Source: Patescibacteria group bacterium (GTDB taxonomy: Bacteria; Patescibacteriota; Minisyncoccia; 2-02-FULL-40-12; GWA2-44-9). Taken from it: DNA of 64,000 bases. The position numbers and the translations under genes were made by a program. The stretch covers positions 21,983 through 85,982 of the forward strand of contig JBBTTB010000005.1 in the NCBI GenBank assembly GCA_038064455.1, given 5' to 3'. The number at the start of each line of letters is the position of its first letter. Positions within the stretch are counted from its first letter, which is position 1. A model generated the notes under the pieces. The model made no database searches and had not been told where the DNA came from. It saw only the letters and a list, made by a program, of their open reading frames with translations. This document shows positions 1-9,463 of this stretch, piece after piece.

Positions 1-736
1 CTCGGTACAGCGTTTATTGGCGCCTTTCGCAAAAGGAATCTTCCTTGGTTTTGCAGAAGCACAGCGTTTTTTTGGGAAAACACCCACCATTGTAACGGGT
101 AATCCCGTGCGTCCCGATATCGCGGCTGGAGATCGCGCTAGGGCGATTACTACATTTCATATACAAGAAGGCATTCCAACACTGTTAGTGCTTGGCGGAA
201 GCCAGGGTGCCCAACAAATCAACGATATTATGTTGAACGGCATTTCCGAAATAACCGAGACAGTGAACGTGATCCATCAATGTGGCGTTATAAAGCATCC
301 TGCAGTGCAAGCGGAGCGAGAACGACTCATTCGCGATGGCGCAGGATCGTACGGTGACCGCATCGCGGCACGCTATGTTGCCGTGCCGTTTCTTGATGGA
401 AAAGATCTTGCTGACGCATATGCGCTTGCTGATGTAGTTGTAGCTCGTGCTGGCGCCGGCACTCTCGCTGAACTTGTGCTTCTTGGAAAGCCTGCGGTGG
501 TTGTACCACTTGCGTGGGCGGCACATGGGCATCAGCTTGCGAATGCTGCTGCGGTTGCATCGTTTGGCGTGCGCATTGTTGAGGGAGAAAATATCACGCC
601 ACATATTCTCATGAATCAAGTACGCGCACTTCTTGAACCAAACGAACGAGAGCGCGTGAGCGCGCTGATGCGCACGGGAGTAAAACCAGATGCCGCAATA
701 CGCATTGCAGATGCCGTGCTCACGAGTATACTCTAA
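1..736 (+). CDS. murG: MurG undecaprenyl-PP-MurNAc-pentapeptide GlcNAc transferase (5'-truncated by window edge)
   Basis: Motifs TGNPVR, LVLGGSQGA, ARAGAGTLAEL and HQLANA are typical of the MurG C-terminal domain. Confidence 0.92.
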   Translation, partial: SVQRLLAPFAKGIFLGFAEAQRFFGKTPTIVTGNPVRPDIAAGDRARAITTFHIQEGIPTLLVLGGSQGAQQINDIMLNGISEITETVNVIHQCGVIKHPAVQAERERLIRDGAGSYGDRIAARYVAVPFLDGKDLADAYALADVVVARAGAGTLAELVLLGKPAVVVPLAWAAHGHQLANAAAVASFGVRIVEGENITPHILMNQVRALLEPNERERVSALMRTGVKPDAAIRIADAVLTSIL

Positions 737-741
737 CCACT

Positions 742-1569
742 ATGCCGTGGCGCACTATTGGTTTTGAAGCTCAAAAAAAGAGGTGGGAGCAGGGACTTCC
801 TGCGGGAGCTCACGCATTTCTGTGGTCTGGTCTTGGTGGTATCGGCAAGCGCACGCTTGCGCTTGAGCTTACTGAACGCATACAGCCAGATCCTGGTGCG
901 CGCATTGTTATCGCTCCGAAAGATGACTCGGGCGACCACACCATCTCTATCGAAGCGGTTCGAGACATTATCCCGCTTACCACACTTGCCTCTGCACACG
1001 GACCTTTGTGCATTATTATTGATGATATCGAATCACTTAGTCGTGAAGCGGCAAATGCATTTCTTAAAACACTAGAAGAGCCGCGAGGTCCCACAGTGTT
1101 CATTGGCATTACCAGTCGACCGGGGTCGGTGCTTCCTACGATCCGTTCGAGATGTGTAGGCGAGTCGTTCTCTGCACACGCGGACGCCGTTATTACTGTC
1201 CTTCCTGAAATACAGTCATTAGCACAAGAGGATCGTGCGAATGCCGTCGCAATTGCCTGCGGGCGTATTGGGTGGGTAAAGCGCGCTCATGCAGACGGCG
1301 CGCTTGTGACGTTGTGCGCACACGCATCTGCATTTGAGCGGCTACAAACACAAGGCGTTGCAGAACGAATGCTCTATGCGCAGAAGCTTATTGCTGATGA
1401 AGCGCTCTCGGAAGCGCTCGATGTGTGGGTTGCTGCTGCGCAAAGAAACGCATCCGCTTTCGCGTCGCGGCCTCATATACTTCGTGGTTTACTAGACCTT
1501 GCAGAAAGTGCTCGGTTTTCCAATGCGAACCAACGCATTGCGCTCGAGAGTTTTCTACTTAGCTTCTGA
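742..1569 (+). CDS. holB: DNA polymerase III delta' subunit (reduced)
   Basis: AHAFLWSGLGGIGK, ISIEAVR, AANAFLKTLEEP and VLPTIRSRC motifs. Confidence 0.85.
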   Translation: MPWRTIGFEAQKKRWEQGLPAGAHAFLWSGLGGIGKRTLALELTERIQPDPGARIVIAPKDDSGDHTISIEAVRDIIPLTTLASAHGPLCIIIDDIESLSREAANAFLKTLEEPRGPTVFIGITSRPGSVLPTIRSRCVGESFSAHADAVITVLPEIQSLAQEDRANAVAIACGRIGWVKRAHADGALVTLCAHASAFERLQTQGVAERMLYAQKLIADEALSEALDVWVAAAQRNASAFASRPHILRGLLDLAESARFSNANQRIALESFLLSF

Positions 1570-1607
1570 CTTTTGTTTCTGGCGCGCCTCTGATACACTA
1601 GGCGGGT

Positions 1608-2165
1608 ATGTATCAAGCACTCATTCAGTCAAAAAAGAAGGATTTTGATAGTATTTTTACCTTTGTACAGCAGGAAGCTGCTTCGTTGCGCACTGGCCGT
1701 GCACACGGCAGTATTGTGTCTGATATTCCAGTTGAATACCTTGGGTCACGCCTCACGGTAAAAGAGCTCGCGAGTATTACCGTTCCTGAAGCACGCACTA
1801 TTTTTATTCAGCCATGGGATAAGGGCGCATTGTCCGCAATTGAAGCAGGCATTCGGGCAAGCACACTGGGGCTCAACCCGGTTGTCGACGGAACGACTGT
1901 TCGACTCAACATTCCACCCCTTACCGAAGAGCGACGCAAAGAACTCGTCCGCACGCTACATGCAAAAATGGAGGAAGCCCGCATTCGCATTCGTCAGGTA
2001 CGAGAAGATATCCTCAAAAAGGTGCAGGTCGCAGTGCGTGAAAAAGAAGCTCGCGAAGACGATCTTCATCACGCAAAGAATGCAGTACAAAAGGTAGTCG
2101 ATGAGCTTCATAAGAAGATTGATGCACTTGCGCACGCGAAAGAGCAGGAGCTCATGCAATCATAA
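1608..2165 (+). CDS. frr: Ribosome recycling factor
   Basis: LRTGRA, IQPWDK, LGLNP and IPPLTEERRKELV motifs; 185 aa. Confidence 0.97.
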   Translation: MYQALIQSKKKDFDSIFTFVQQEAASLRTGRAHGSIVSDIPVEYLGSRLTVKELASITVPEARTIFIQPWDKGALSAIEAGIRASTLGLNPVVDGTTVRLNIPPLTEERRKELVRTLHAKMEEARIRIRQVREDILKKVQVAVREKEAREDDLHHAKNAVQKVVDELHKKIDALAHAKEQELMQS

Positions 2166-3250
2166 TGACCGCGATCCTCTTCATCCTCGTTATCAGTTTG
2201 CTAATCTTTGTTCATGAATTTGGTCATTTTATTATGGCCAAACGTGCGGGTATGCGCGTTGAAGAGTTTGGATTTGGTTTTCCGCCGCGCTTGTGGGGCA
2301 TCACTCGCGGCGAGACCGTGTACTCTATTAACTGGATACCATTCGGAGGGTTTGTAAAAGTATTCGGTGAAGATGGAGAGCACGCCGCTGCTCCTCGAAG
2401 TTTCTCCTCTGGAACTGCGTGGCAGCGTTTCGCGGTTCTTGTTGCAGGCATTGCTATGAACTTTGCGCTCGCAATCGTGTTCCTCACTGTAAATAATGCG
2501 GTGGGTGTACGCACGGCGCTTGATGAGGCAGACCAAAGTGCTCTCGCGAACGCAACGCAGAAGGCGGTGTACGTTGCTCGTGTGGCCCCCGAGAGCCCCG
2601 CAGAGGCCGCAGGAATGCGCACCCTGGATGTATTAGTCTCTGCGCAATATGGAAGTGCCGTACAACCGATTATGACTGCGGCTGACGTGCAAATGTTCAC
2701 CAATGTGTATAAAGGAAAGACGGTACAATTTACATTTAAGCGTGGTGATGAAGTGCTCGTAAAAGATGTCATGCTCCGCGCTGATCCACCAGAAGGCCAA
2801 GGCCCGCTTGGCATCTCCCCATTACTCATTGGGAAAGTGTCACACCCATGGTATGAGGCGCCAGTGCGCGGCTTTCTTGATGCGGTGCGCCTCACGGGGG
2901 TTACAATACAAGGGTATGTCGGCGTCCTTGTACAGCTGGTGACGACGGGAAAGGTAGGAGCGGATCTTTCGGGCCCTATCGGCATCGCGTCACTTACTGG
3001 TCAGGCTGCCCGCGTGGGATGGGATTACCTCATCCAATTTGTGGCGATGATCTCTATTAACCTTGCCGTGCTCAATGCATTTCCATTTCCTGCACTTGAT
3101 GGTGGCCGTATTTTATTTCTTGCGATTGAAAAAATTCGTGGTGCGCCTCTCGCGCACACGACCGAAGGTCTCGTGAATGGCATAGGATTTCTTGTCCTTC
3201 TCCTGGCGATGATTCTTATCACTGCCCGTGACGTTATGCAATTACTCTAA
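2165..3250 (+). CDS. rseP: RIP metalloprotease RseP (M50) with PDZ domain
   Basis: HEFGH zinc motif, FGFGFPP, IPFGGFV and NAFPFPALDGG. Confidence 0.93.
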   Translation: MTAILFILVISLLIFVHEFGHFIMAKRAGMRVEEFGFGFPPRLWGITRGETVYSINWIPFGGFVKVFGEDGEHAAAPRSFSSGTAWQRFAVLVAGIAMNFALAIVFLTVNNAVGVRTALDEADQSALANATQKAVYVARVAPESPAEAAGMRTLDVLVSAQYGSAVQPIMTAADVQMFTNVYKGKTVQFTFKRGDEVLVKDVMLRADPPEGQGPLGISPLLIGKVSHPWYEAPVRGFLDAVRLTGVTIQGYVGVLVQLVTTGKVGADLSGPIGIASLTGQAARVGWDYLIQFVAMISINLAVLNAFPFPALDGGRILFLAIEKIRGAPLAHTTEGLVNGIGFLVLLLAMILITARDVMQLL

Positions 3251-3254
3251 CGAT

Positions 3255-4502
3255 ATGCGATTTTCAAAATTACTTACCAAAACACTGCGGCATGCTCCAT
3301 CTGATGAAGCGGCCGTGAATGCACAACTTCTTGTCCGTGGCGGTTTTGTGCATAAAGAGGTGGCTGGCGTGTACAGCATCTTGCCATTAGGTCTTCGTGT
3401 TATAGAGAAGATTGTGCGCATTATCGCAGAAGAGATGGATGCTATCGGTGGCGTGCAAATGAGAACATCTGTCCTCCAAAATAAAGAAGTATGGGAGAAG
3501 ACGGGGCGCTGGAGCGATGAAGTCGTAGATAACTGGTTTAAGACGACACTGAAGAGTGGTGGAGAGCTTGGACTGTCATTCACAAACGAAGAAGCCTACT
3601 CGGCAATCGTCAAAAACTTCGTGAGCTCTTATAAAGATTTGCCGGTGTATCCGTACGATTTTAAAACAATCTTCCGCAATGAAGCGCGAGCAAAAAGCGG
3701 CATTCTTCGTGGGAGGGAGTTCTACTGGAAGGCGCTCTACTCGTTCTCGAAAAACAAAGAAGAGCACGATGCGTTTTATGAGCAAGCAAAAGAAGCATAC
3801 CGTCGCGTCTTTGAGCGTGTAGGCATCGGCGCACAGACATATATAACATTTGCGTCTGGAGGCACATTCTCAAAATATTCTCACGAATTTCAAGCACTTT
3901 CAGACGCGGGCGAAGACACTATCTATATTGATGCCGAAAAAGGTATCGCGGTAAACCGTGAGGTGCTTACCGATGACGTGCTTGCTGATCTCGGATTGGA
4001 GCGTGCAAAACTGACCGAAGAAAAGGCGATTGAAGTTGGAAATATATTCTCTCTTGGATTTAAGTTTTCCGAACCTTTCAACCTGACATATAAAGATGCA
4101 GAGGGTAACGATGTTCCTGTATACATGGGCTCATACGGTATCGGGATTACGCGACTCATGGGGGCAATTGTAGAAATTGCGCACGATGACCGCGGTATTA
4201 TATGGCCAGAAAGCGTAGCACCCTATCGAGTGCACCTCGTGTCACTGGGGGATGTCGCAGGACGCGCAGATGTGCTCTACAACGCACTTATAAAAGAAGG
4301 GATTGAAGTTCTCTATGATGATCGAGTCGATGCAACGGCGGGTGAGAAATTTGCTGACGCCGATCTTATCGGATGCCCTGTACGCTGTGTTATGAGCGAG
4401 AAAACAATCGCCCAAGATGCTATTGAGATGAAGCGTCGCACCTCGTCAGAGCCAGAACTAGTAACCTACGAAGAGCTTATCAATATCTGCCGTTCCTTGT
4501 AG
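3255..4502 (+). CDS. proS: Prolyl-tRNA synthetase, short form without the INS editing domain
   Basis: MRFSKL start (ATG 3255), WEKTGRW, FRNEARAKSGILRGREF, IEVGNIF, MGSYGIGITRL and GEKFADADLIG. Confidence 0.93.
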   Translation: MRFSKLLTKTLRHAPSDEAAVNAQLLVRGGFVHKEVAGVYSILPLGLRVIEKIVRIIAEEMDAIGGVQMRTSVLQNKEVWEKTGRWSDEVVDNWFKTTLKSGGELGLSFTNEEAYSAIVKNFVSSYKDLPVYPYDFKTIFRNEARAKSGILRGREFYWKALYSFSKNKEEHDAFYEQAKEAYRRVFERVGIGAQTYITFASGGTFSKYSHEFQALSDAGEDTIYIDAEKGIAVNREVLTDDVLADLGLERAKLTEEKAIEVGNIFSLGFKFSEPFNLTYKDAEGNDVPVYMGSYGIGITRLMGAIVEIAHDDRGIIWPESVAPYRVHLVSLGDVAGRADVLYNALIKEGIEVLYDDRVDATAGEKFADADLIGCPVRCVMSEKTIAQDAIEMKRRTSSEPELVTYEELINICRSL

Positions 4503-4546
4503 TCTTTGCGTCTCCTAGGGCTTTCTGCTAGGGTTGGTGTGCTCTC

Positions 4547-5608
4547 ATGCTCAGTAAATTTTTTGGATTTTGGTCAAAGGATATTGGCATCGATTTAGGT
4601 ACGGCAAATACCCTCGTATATGTGCGTGGCAAAGGTATTGTGATCAACGAGCCTTCGATCGTCGCCCTCAATCAAAAGACGGGCAAGATCCTCGCCATTG
4701 GCGAAGGCGCACGCCGTATGGTTGGCCGTACGCCGGGGCACATTGTGGTAACGCGCCCCATGGTGAACGGCGTGGTGTCTGATTTTGATGTGACCGAGCA
4801 GATGCTCAAGTATTTTATCGATCGTGTGCATCGCGAAGGTTTTACCTTACTTCCTCGCCCACGCGTTGTGGTCGGTATCCCATCGGGTGTTACTGAAGTA
4901 GAAAAGCGTGCCGTTGAAGACGCGACCTATAATGCCGGCGCACGCGAGGTTTTTCTTATTGAAGAACCTATGGCAGCGGCAATTGGTGCGCGACTTCCCG
5001 TTCAGGAAGCTGTCGCAAACGTTATTGTTGATATGGGCGGAGGCACCACTGAAGTAGCGGTGATCTCAATGGGTGGACTCATTGCATCTCGCTCGCTCCG
5101 CATCGCAGGAGATAAACTTATTGATGACATTATCCGCTACATGCGCGATGAACGTAACATTCTCATTGGCGAGGCAACAGCAGAGAATCTTAAACTTACT
5201 CTTGGTTCCGCACACCCACTTCAAGAAGAATTAAAAGGTACTGTTCGAGGCCGTGATCTCGTATCTGGTTTGCCACGCGAAATCGCAGTTACGTCACATG
5301 ATATCCGTGAAGCGATGCAGCGTTCTATCCGCAGTATTGTGACGGCGATTAAAGATACTATTGAACAAACACCTCCAGAGCTCACCGCCGATCTTATTAA
5401 CCGACAAATATATCTTGCTGGTGGCGGAGCGCTTTTGCGTGGGCTAGATACTATGATTGCAGCAGAGACGCAGTTGAATGTAACTATTGTCGACGATCCG
5501 TTGACCGCAGTAGCTCGGGGATGTGGTATGGTACTAGAGAATATTGATGAGCTTCGTTCGATGCTCGTGGCGATTGATCGCCAAGCATACACATCGCTCT
5601 CATCGTAG
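4547..5608 (+). CDS. mreB: Rod shape-determining protein MreB
   Basis: DIGIDLGTANT, EEPMAAAIGA, VDMGGGTTEV and LAGGGALL. Confidence 0.98.
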   Translation: MLSKFFGFWSKDIGIDLGTANTLVYVRGKGIVINEPSIVALNQKTGKILAIGEGARRMVGRTPGHIVVTRPMVNGVVSDFDVTEQMLKYFIDRVHREGFTLLPRPRVVVGIPSGVTEVEKRAVEDATYNAGAREVFLIEEPMAAAIGARLPVQEAVANVIVDMGGGTTEVAVISMGGLIASRSLRIAGDKLIDDIIRYMRDERNILIGEATAENLKLTLGSAHPLQEELKGTVRGRDLVSGLPREIAVTSHDIREAMQRSIRSIVTAIKDTIEQTPPELTADLINRQIYLAGGGALLRGLDTMIAAETQLNVTIVDDPLTAVARGCGMVLENIDELRSMLVAIDRQAYTSLSS

Positions 5609-5611
5609 CGA

Positions 5612-6400
5612 ATGACACGATCTTCGGGAATACGAACGCTAAGTATCGCTGTTGTGTGTGTCGTTGTGCTTGGAGGCGTGAATGCTGCCATGGGCGGAGC
5701 GGCGCAACGCTTTACACAGCGTATCGTTGAGCCCGCAATCGCTCGCATGCCAGGCCTTACCCGTGCCGTTCACTGGGTGGGCCAGTGGCAAATCTCACAC
5801 GAAACTCAAGATGATCTCCAAGCGCACATTATATCTCTTTCAGGGCGTCTTGCGGGTGCCCAAGATCTTGCAGATGAAAATGTTTTTCTGCGCTCGTTGC
5901 TTCGGCTTTCGTTGCCAGAAACATATGAGCGTATCGAGGCGCGCTTGTGGAGTATCCGCATGGACGGAGACGGTATGAGTGCACGTATCCAGCGCGGCTC
6001 TCGTGACGGAATTCGTGAAGGCGGCATTGTGATCTCGCAGGCCGGAGCACTCGTGGGAACCGTCCGTTCGGTTGCAGAAACAAGTGCACACATACGGCTG
6101 ATTATGGACCCAACATTTTCTGTAGCGGCGCGTACGCTTGAGGGAGGCATTGATCTTCTGGTGCGAGGTGACGCGGATCGCGGATTGCGTCTCGAACTCG
6201 TTTCTATAGATGATGCTATCCAAACAGGAGAGACGCTTGTAACAACCGGAGCTGATGCAATTCCTGGCGGTCTCGTCATCGGAACGATTGAGAGCGTCGT
6301 GCGCGATGCAGCTGCTGTGTTCCAATCAGTGCGCGCTTCGCCGCTCTTTGAGCGTGATTTTGATGGACGCGTGCTTATCCTCGTTCCTCCTTCGATATAA
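5612..6400 (+). CDS. mreC: Rod shape-determining protein MreC
   Basis: N-terminal TM, ENxxLRxLL coiled coil, RGSRDGI, LVGTV and GLVIGTI; directly follows mreB. Confidence 0.85.
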   Translation: MTRSSGIRTLSIAVVCVVVLGGVNAAMGGAAQRFTQRIVEPAIARMPGLTRAVHWVGQWQISHETQDDLQAHIISLSGRLAGAQDLADENVFLRSLLRLSLPETYERIEARLWSIRMDGDGMSARIQRGSRDGIREGGIVISQAGALVGTVRSVAETSAHIRLIMDPTFSVAARTLEGGIDLLVRGDADRGLRLELVSIDDAIQTGETLVTTGADAIPGGLVIGTIESVVRDAAAVFQSVRASPLFERDFDGRVLILVPPSI

Positions 6401-6401
6401 T

Positions 6402-6926
6402 ATGTATTCTTCCGCGCCCTCACTTCGTAGCTCGTGGCTACTGCTCGCCATCCTTTGTGCGCTTCTCTGGGGGATCTCGTTTTTAATCCCGCTTACCTAT
6501 CCCATTATATATAGCTCCCTCGCGAGTGTCATTTTGTTTGGAGGTGTAGGGTGGACGGGACGCGTGCTCGTTACTGCATGGGTATGCGAAGTGTTGTTCG
6601 GTACTCTGTTTGGAACATACATACTGCCAACACTGTGTATGGTTGCCCTGTACGCGGTGTTTAGATCAATCGTTGTCATACATCCTATTGAAGACGTGCG
6701 CGCTCCATCGTTTTCTCAAATTGGCATTGCTCTTATCGGCGCCTACGTTCTCGCACTGGCTGGTTGGAGCATTGATGCAGTTGTCGTCCACTCCCTTTCT
6801 GGAGAGGCACTTCGTGCGTGGATGCCTCTCTGGGCGCGTTGGTCATGGATGCTCGCGAGCGCGTTTATTAGCGTTTCTCTATGGTTACTCGGGGTAGCGC
6901 TGGCGCGTGCTCGTCGCTTGGGGTAG
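6402..6926 (+). CDS. Polytopic membrane protein, probable MreD equivalent
   Basis: About 5 hydrophobic segments; lies between mreC and mrdA; ATG 6402. Confidence 0.55.
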   Translation: MYSSAPSLRSSWLLLAILCALLWGISFLIPLTYPIIYSSLASVILFGGVGWTGRVLVTAWVCEVLFGTLFGTYILPTLCMVALYAVFRSIVVIHPIEDVRAPSFSQIGIALIGAYVLALAGWSIDAVVVHSLSGEALRAWMPLWARWSWMLASAFISVSLWLLGVALARARRLG

Positions 6927-6936
6927 AGTTGCAGAT

Positions 6937-8874
6937 ATGGCTCGATGGTCGTTTTTTAAGCGTCGCAACAATGCATACGCCGTCTCTCTTGATGGCGATG
7001 ATTGGGTTGCTCCAGAAGAAACGCTTGTTGACGTGGGGAGTAGCCACGTTGATCTGGAGCGCCCAGTGGATACTCGTATTTTCGCTCTCGCACGAGGTGC
7101 GGTGTGGCTTGTCGCTCTCGCACTGGTACTTGCTTCCGGGGCTCTTGCGATACAACAACATGAAACGCTCTCTGCCGCTGCTGAGTCGAATCGCACAGTA
7201 CAGATCTCCGTGAGTCCTCCTCGCGGCGCCATTGTAGATCGCACAGGAGTTCCGCTTGTGAAAAATACCCCAAGTTTTCAAATTGCTATCGTCTCTCGCG
7301 AGCTTCCAGCGACCCCTGAAGAACGTGAGGCGCTCTTCACAACAGTCGCTTCTATTCTCAAAGAAGACCCTGCGGTGCTCGTGCCGCAACTTCTTGAACG
7401 CGCACATGCGCAGAGCGTCTTTTTTGCTGCGACGGGCGTGCCAAAAGAAGCAACGGTGCAATTCTCCCAACTTTTGGGAAATGGCGTACACGTGGTAACT
7501 ACAACGGATCGCGCATATCTCAATGGCGAGCAATTTTCAACAGTGCTGGGATATACGGGACGGGTATCGGTTACCGATCGAGAGCGCGACACATCCTATG
7601 CGTCGTCTGATCGTGTTGGTCGCGCGGGGATAGAGGCCCAATATGAGCAAGAGCTCCGTGGTTCGCACGGGAGTATCACATTTTCGCGAGGAGAAGAAAG
7701 TGTCCAAAAAGATCCCATTCCGGGACACACGGTGGTGCTTGAAATAGATGCAGATGCGCAGAAGGCACTCTATAATAGTTTATTTTCAGTCTTACGGGGC
7801 GCAGCCGTTTCTGGGGCTGCTGCAATTGTGCAAGATCCACAAACGGGCGCCGTGCTAGGCATGGTGAGCTTCCCATCATATGATAACAACATATTCGCGG
7901 ATGGTATTTCACAAGGAGAATACCAGCGCTTGTTCACGTCATCGCGCAAGCCACTCTTTAATCGCGTCATCGGCGGCACCTATAACCCTGGCTCAACCAT
8001 TAAGCCATTTATTGGCATGGCAGCAGTAGAAGAGAATATTATCCGCCCATCCGACAATATTTGGGAGTGTGTAAACATCACCATTCCTAACCCGAGCAAT
8101 CCATCACGCCCGTATGTCTTTGAAAACTGGAGACCAGAGCATGGGCCGTTTAATCTTGCGCGAGCGATCGCAACGTCGTGCAATATTTACTTCTTTACTG
8201 TTGGCGGTGGACGCGATGCATTTCAAGGGCTAGGCATTGAGCGCATAGCTTCGTATCTGCAGAGGGCATTTGCTGATAAGGTGCTGGGCATTGATCTTCC
8301 GGGTGAGGTCGCTGGCTTTGTACCAACGTCGGCGTGGAAACAAGAAAAGCGTGGTGAGCCATGGTACCAAGGTGATACGTATAACGTTTCCATCGGCCAA
8401 GGAGATCTTTCCGTCTCTCCACTATGGATTAATGCGTATGTGAGCGCCATTGCAAACGGAGGGACACTCTACCAGCCACGCGTTGCACAGCGTATCCAGT
8501 ATGGCGCCGGCACTCCAGATACCGTGTTCGCACCAACCGAGCTTGCGAAGATGCCATTCAGTAGCACAACGATCGCGGCCATGCAAAAAGCAATGCGTGA
8601 GACGGTCCTCACGGGTACGGCAAAAATACTCCAAAATCTTCCCGTCTCATCTGCCGCAAAAACAGGTACGGCGGAAGTGACGAAGCATGGAAAGATCAAC
8701 TCACTCTTCACGGCGTTCGCGCCAGCAGAAAATCCAAAGGTTGCTATTACGGTGTTGGTGGAAAGCTCAATCTACAGCGAAGGATATGCAAGCCGCACGG
8801 CCCACGCATTCTTGAAATGGTTCTTTACGCGCCCATCCCCGTCATCCCCAGCGGAACCCTTGCCATCTTTGTAA
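6937..8874 (+). CDS. mrdA: Penicillin-binding protein 2 (class B PBP)
   Basis: PPRGAIVDR, GRAGIEAQYE, PGSTIK (SxxK), SCN (SxN) and KTGTAE; ATG 6937. Confidence 0.93.
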   Translation: MARWSFFKRRNNAYAVSLDGDDWVAPEETLVDVGSSHVDLERPVDTRIFALARGAVWLVALALVLASGALAIQQHETLSAAAESNRTVQISVSPPRGAIVDRTGVPLVKNTPSFQIAIVSRELPATPEEREALFTTVASILKEDPAVLVPQLLERAHAQSVFFAATGVPKEATVQFSQLLGNGVHVVTTTDRAYLNGEQFSTVLGYTGRVSVTDRERDTSYASSDRVGRAGIEAQYEQELRGSHGSITFSRGEESVQKDPIPGHTVVLEIDADAQKALYNSLFSVLRGAAVSGAAAIVQDPQTGAVLGMVSFPSYDNNIFADGISQGEYQRLFTSSRKPLFNRVIGGTYNPGSTIKPFIGMAAVEENIIRPSDNIWECVNITIPNPSNPSRPYVFENWRPEHGPFNLARAIATSCNIYFFTVGGGRDAFQGLGIERIASYLQRAFADKVLGIDLPGEVAGFVPTSAWKQEKRGEPWYQGDTYNVSIGQGDLSVSPLWINAYVSAIANGGTLYQPRVAQRIQYGAGTPDTVFAPTELAKMPFSSTTIAAMQKAMRETVLTGTAKILQNLPVSSAAKTGTAEVTKHGKINSLFTAFAPAENPKVAITVLVESSIYSEGYASRTAHAFLKWFFTRPSPSSPAEPLPSL

Positions 8875-8927
8875 AAGGGGAGTAGTATAGACCAACAGAA
8901 AAGCACCGCCGAGAGGCGGTTTAGTCT

Positions 8928-9389
8928 ATGGATACACAATATTTCAGCAAAGAAGGATTGGAAAAACTCAAGCAAGAGCTTACCGAACGCACCGAAACAG
9001 TGCGATCTGAAATCGCGCACCGTATTCGCGAGGCAAAAGAGCAAGGTGACTTGAGCGAGAACGCAGAATACGCAGAAGCAAAAGAAGCTCAAGCAATCAA
9101 CGAAGGTCGCATTGAAGAGCTCAAAGCAATCCTCGAGAATGCTGTCATTATTGATGATGAGCGTAAAAAGGGCGGTATCGTCGCTGTCGGTGCTTCCGTA
9201 AAGGTGGAATCAAAGAGCGGCTCAAGTACTTATACTATCGTTGGCCCCGCGGAATCAGACCCCGCACAAGGCTTCATCTCAAATGAATCTCCTCTCGGTT
9301 CTGCATTCCTTGGCCGCAAAAAAGGAGACTCTATCGATATCAAAACGCCTCGCGGCCTTATCACCTACAAGATCGTAGACGTGAAGTAG
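8928..9389 (+). CDS. greA: Transcription elongation factor GreA
   Basis: GDLSENAEY and ISNESPLGSAFLG. Confidence 0.97.
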   Translation: MDTQYFSKEGLEKLKQELTERTETVRSEIAHRIREAKEQGDLSENAEYAEAKEAQAINEGRIEELKAILENAVIIDDERKKGGIVAVGASVKVESKSGSSTYTIVGPAESDPAQGFISNESPLGSAFLGRKKGDSIDIKTPRGLITYKIVDVK

Positions 9390-9402
9390 GCCAGAGACGC
9401 AG

Positions 9403-9426
9403 AAGCCGCCCATCCGGGCGGTTTTT
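9403..9426 (+). terminator. Intrinsic terminator after greA
   Basis: aagccgccc-atcc-gggcggttt hairpin followed by a T tract. Confidence 0.75.
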
Positions 9427-9463
9427 CGTTGCAATTCGGAAGTGAAATGATACTATATTCGAT

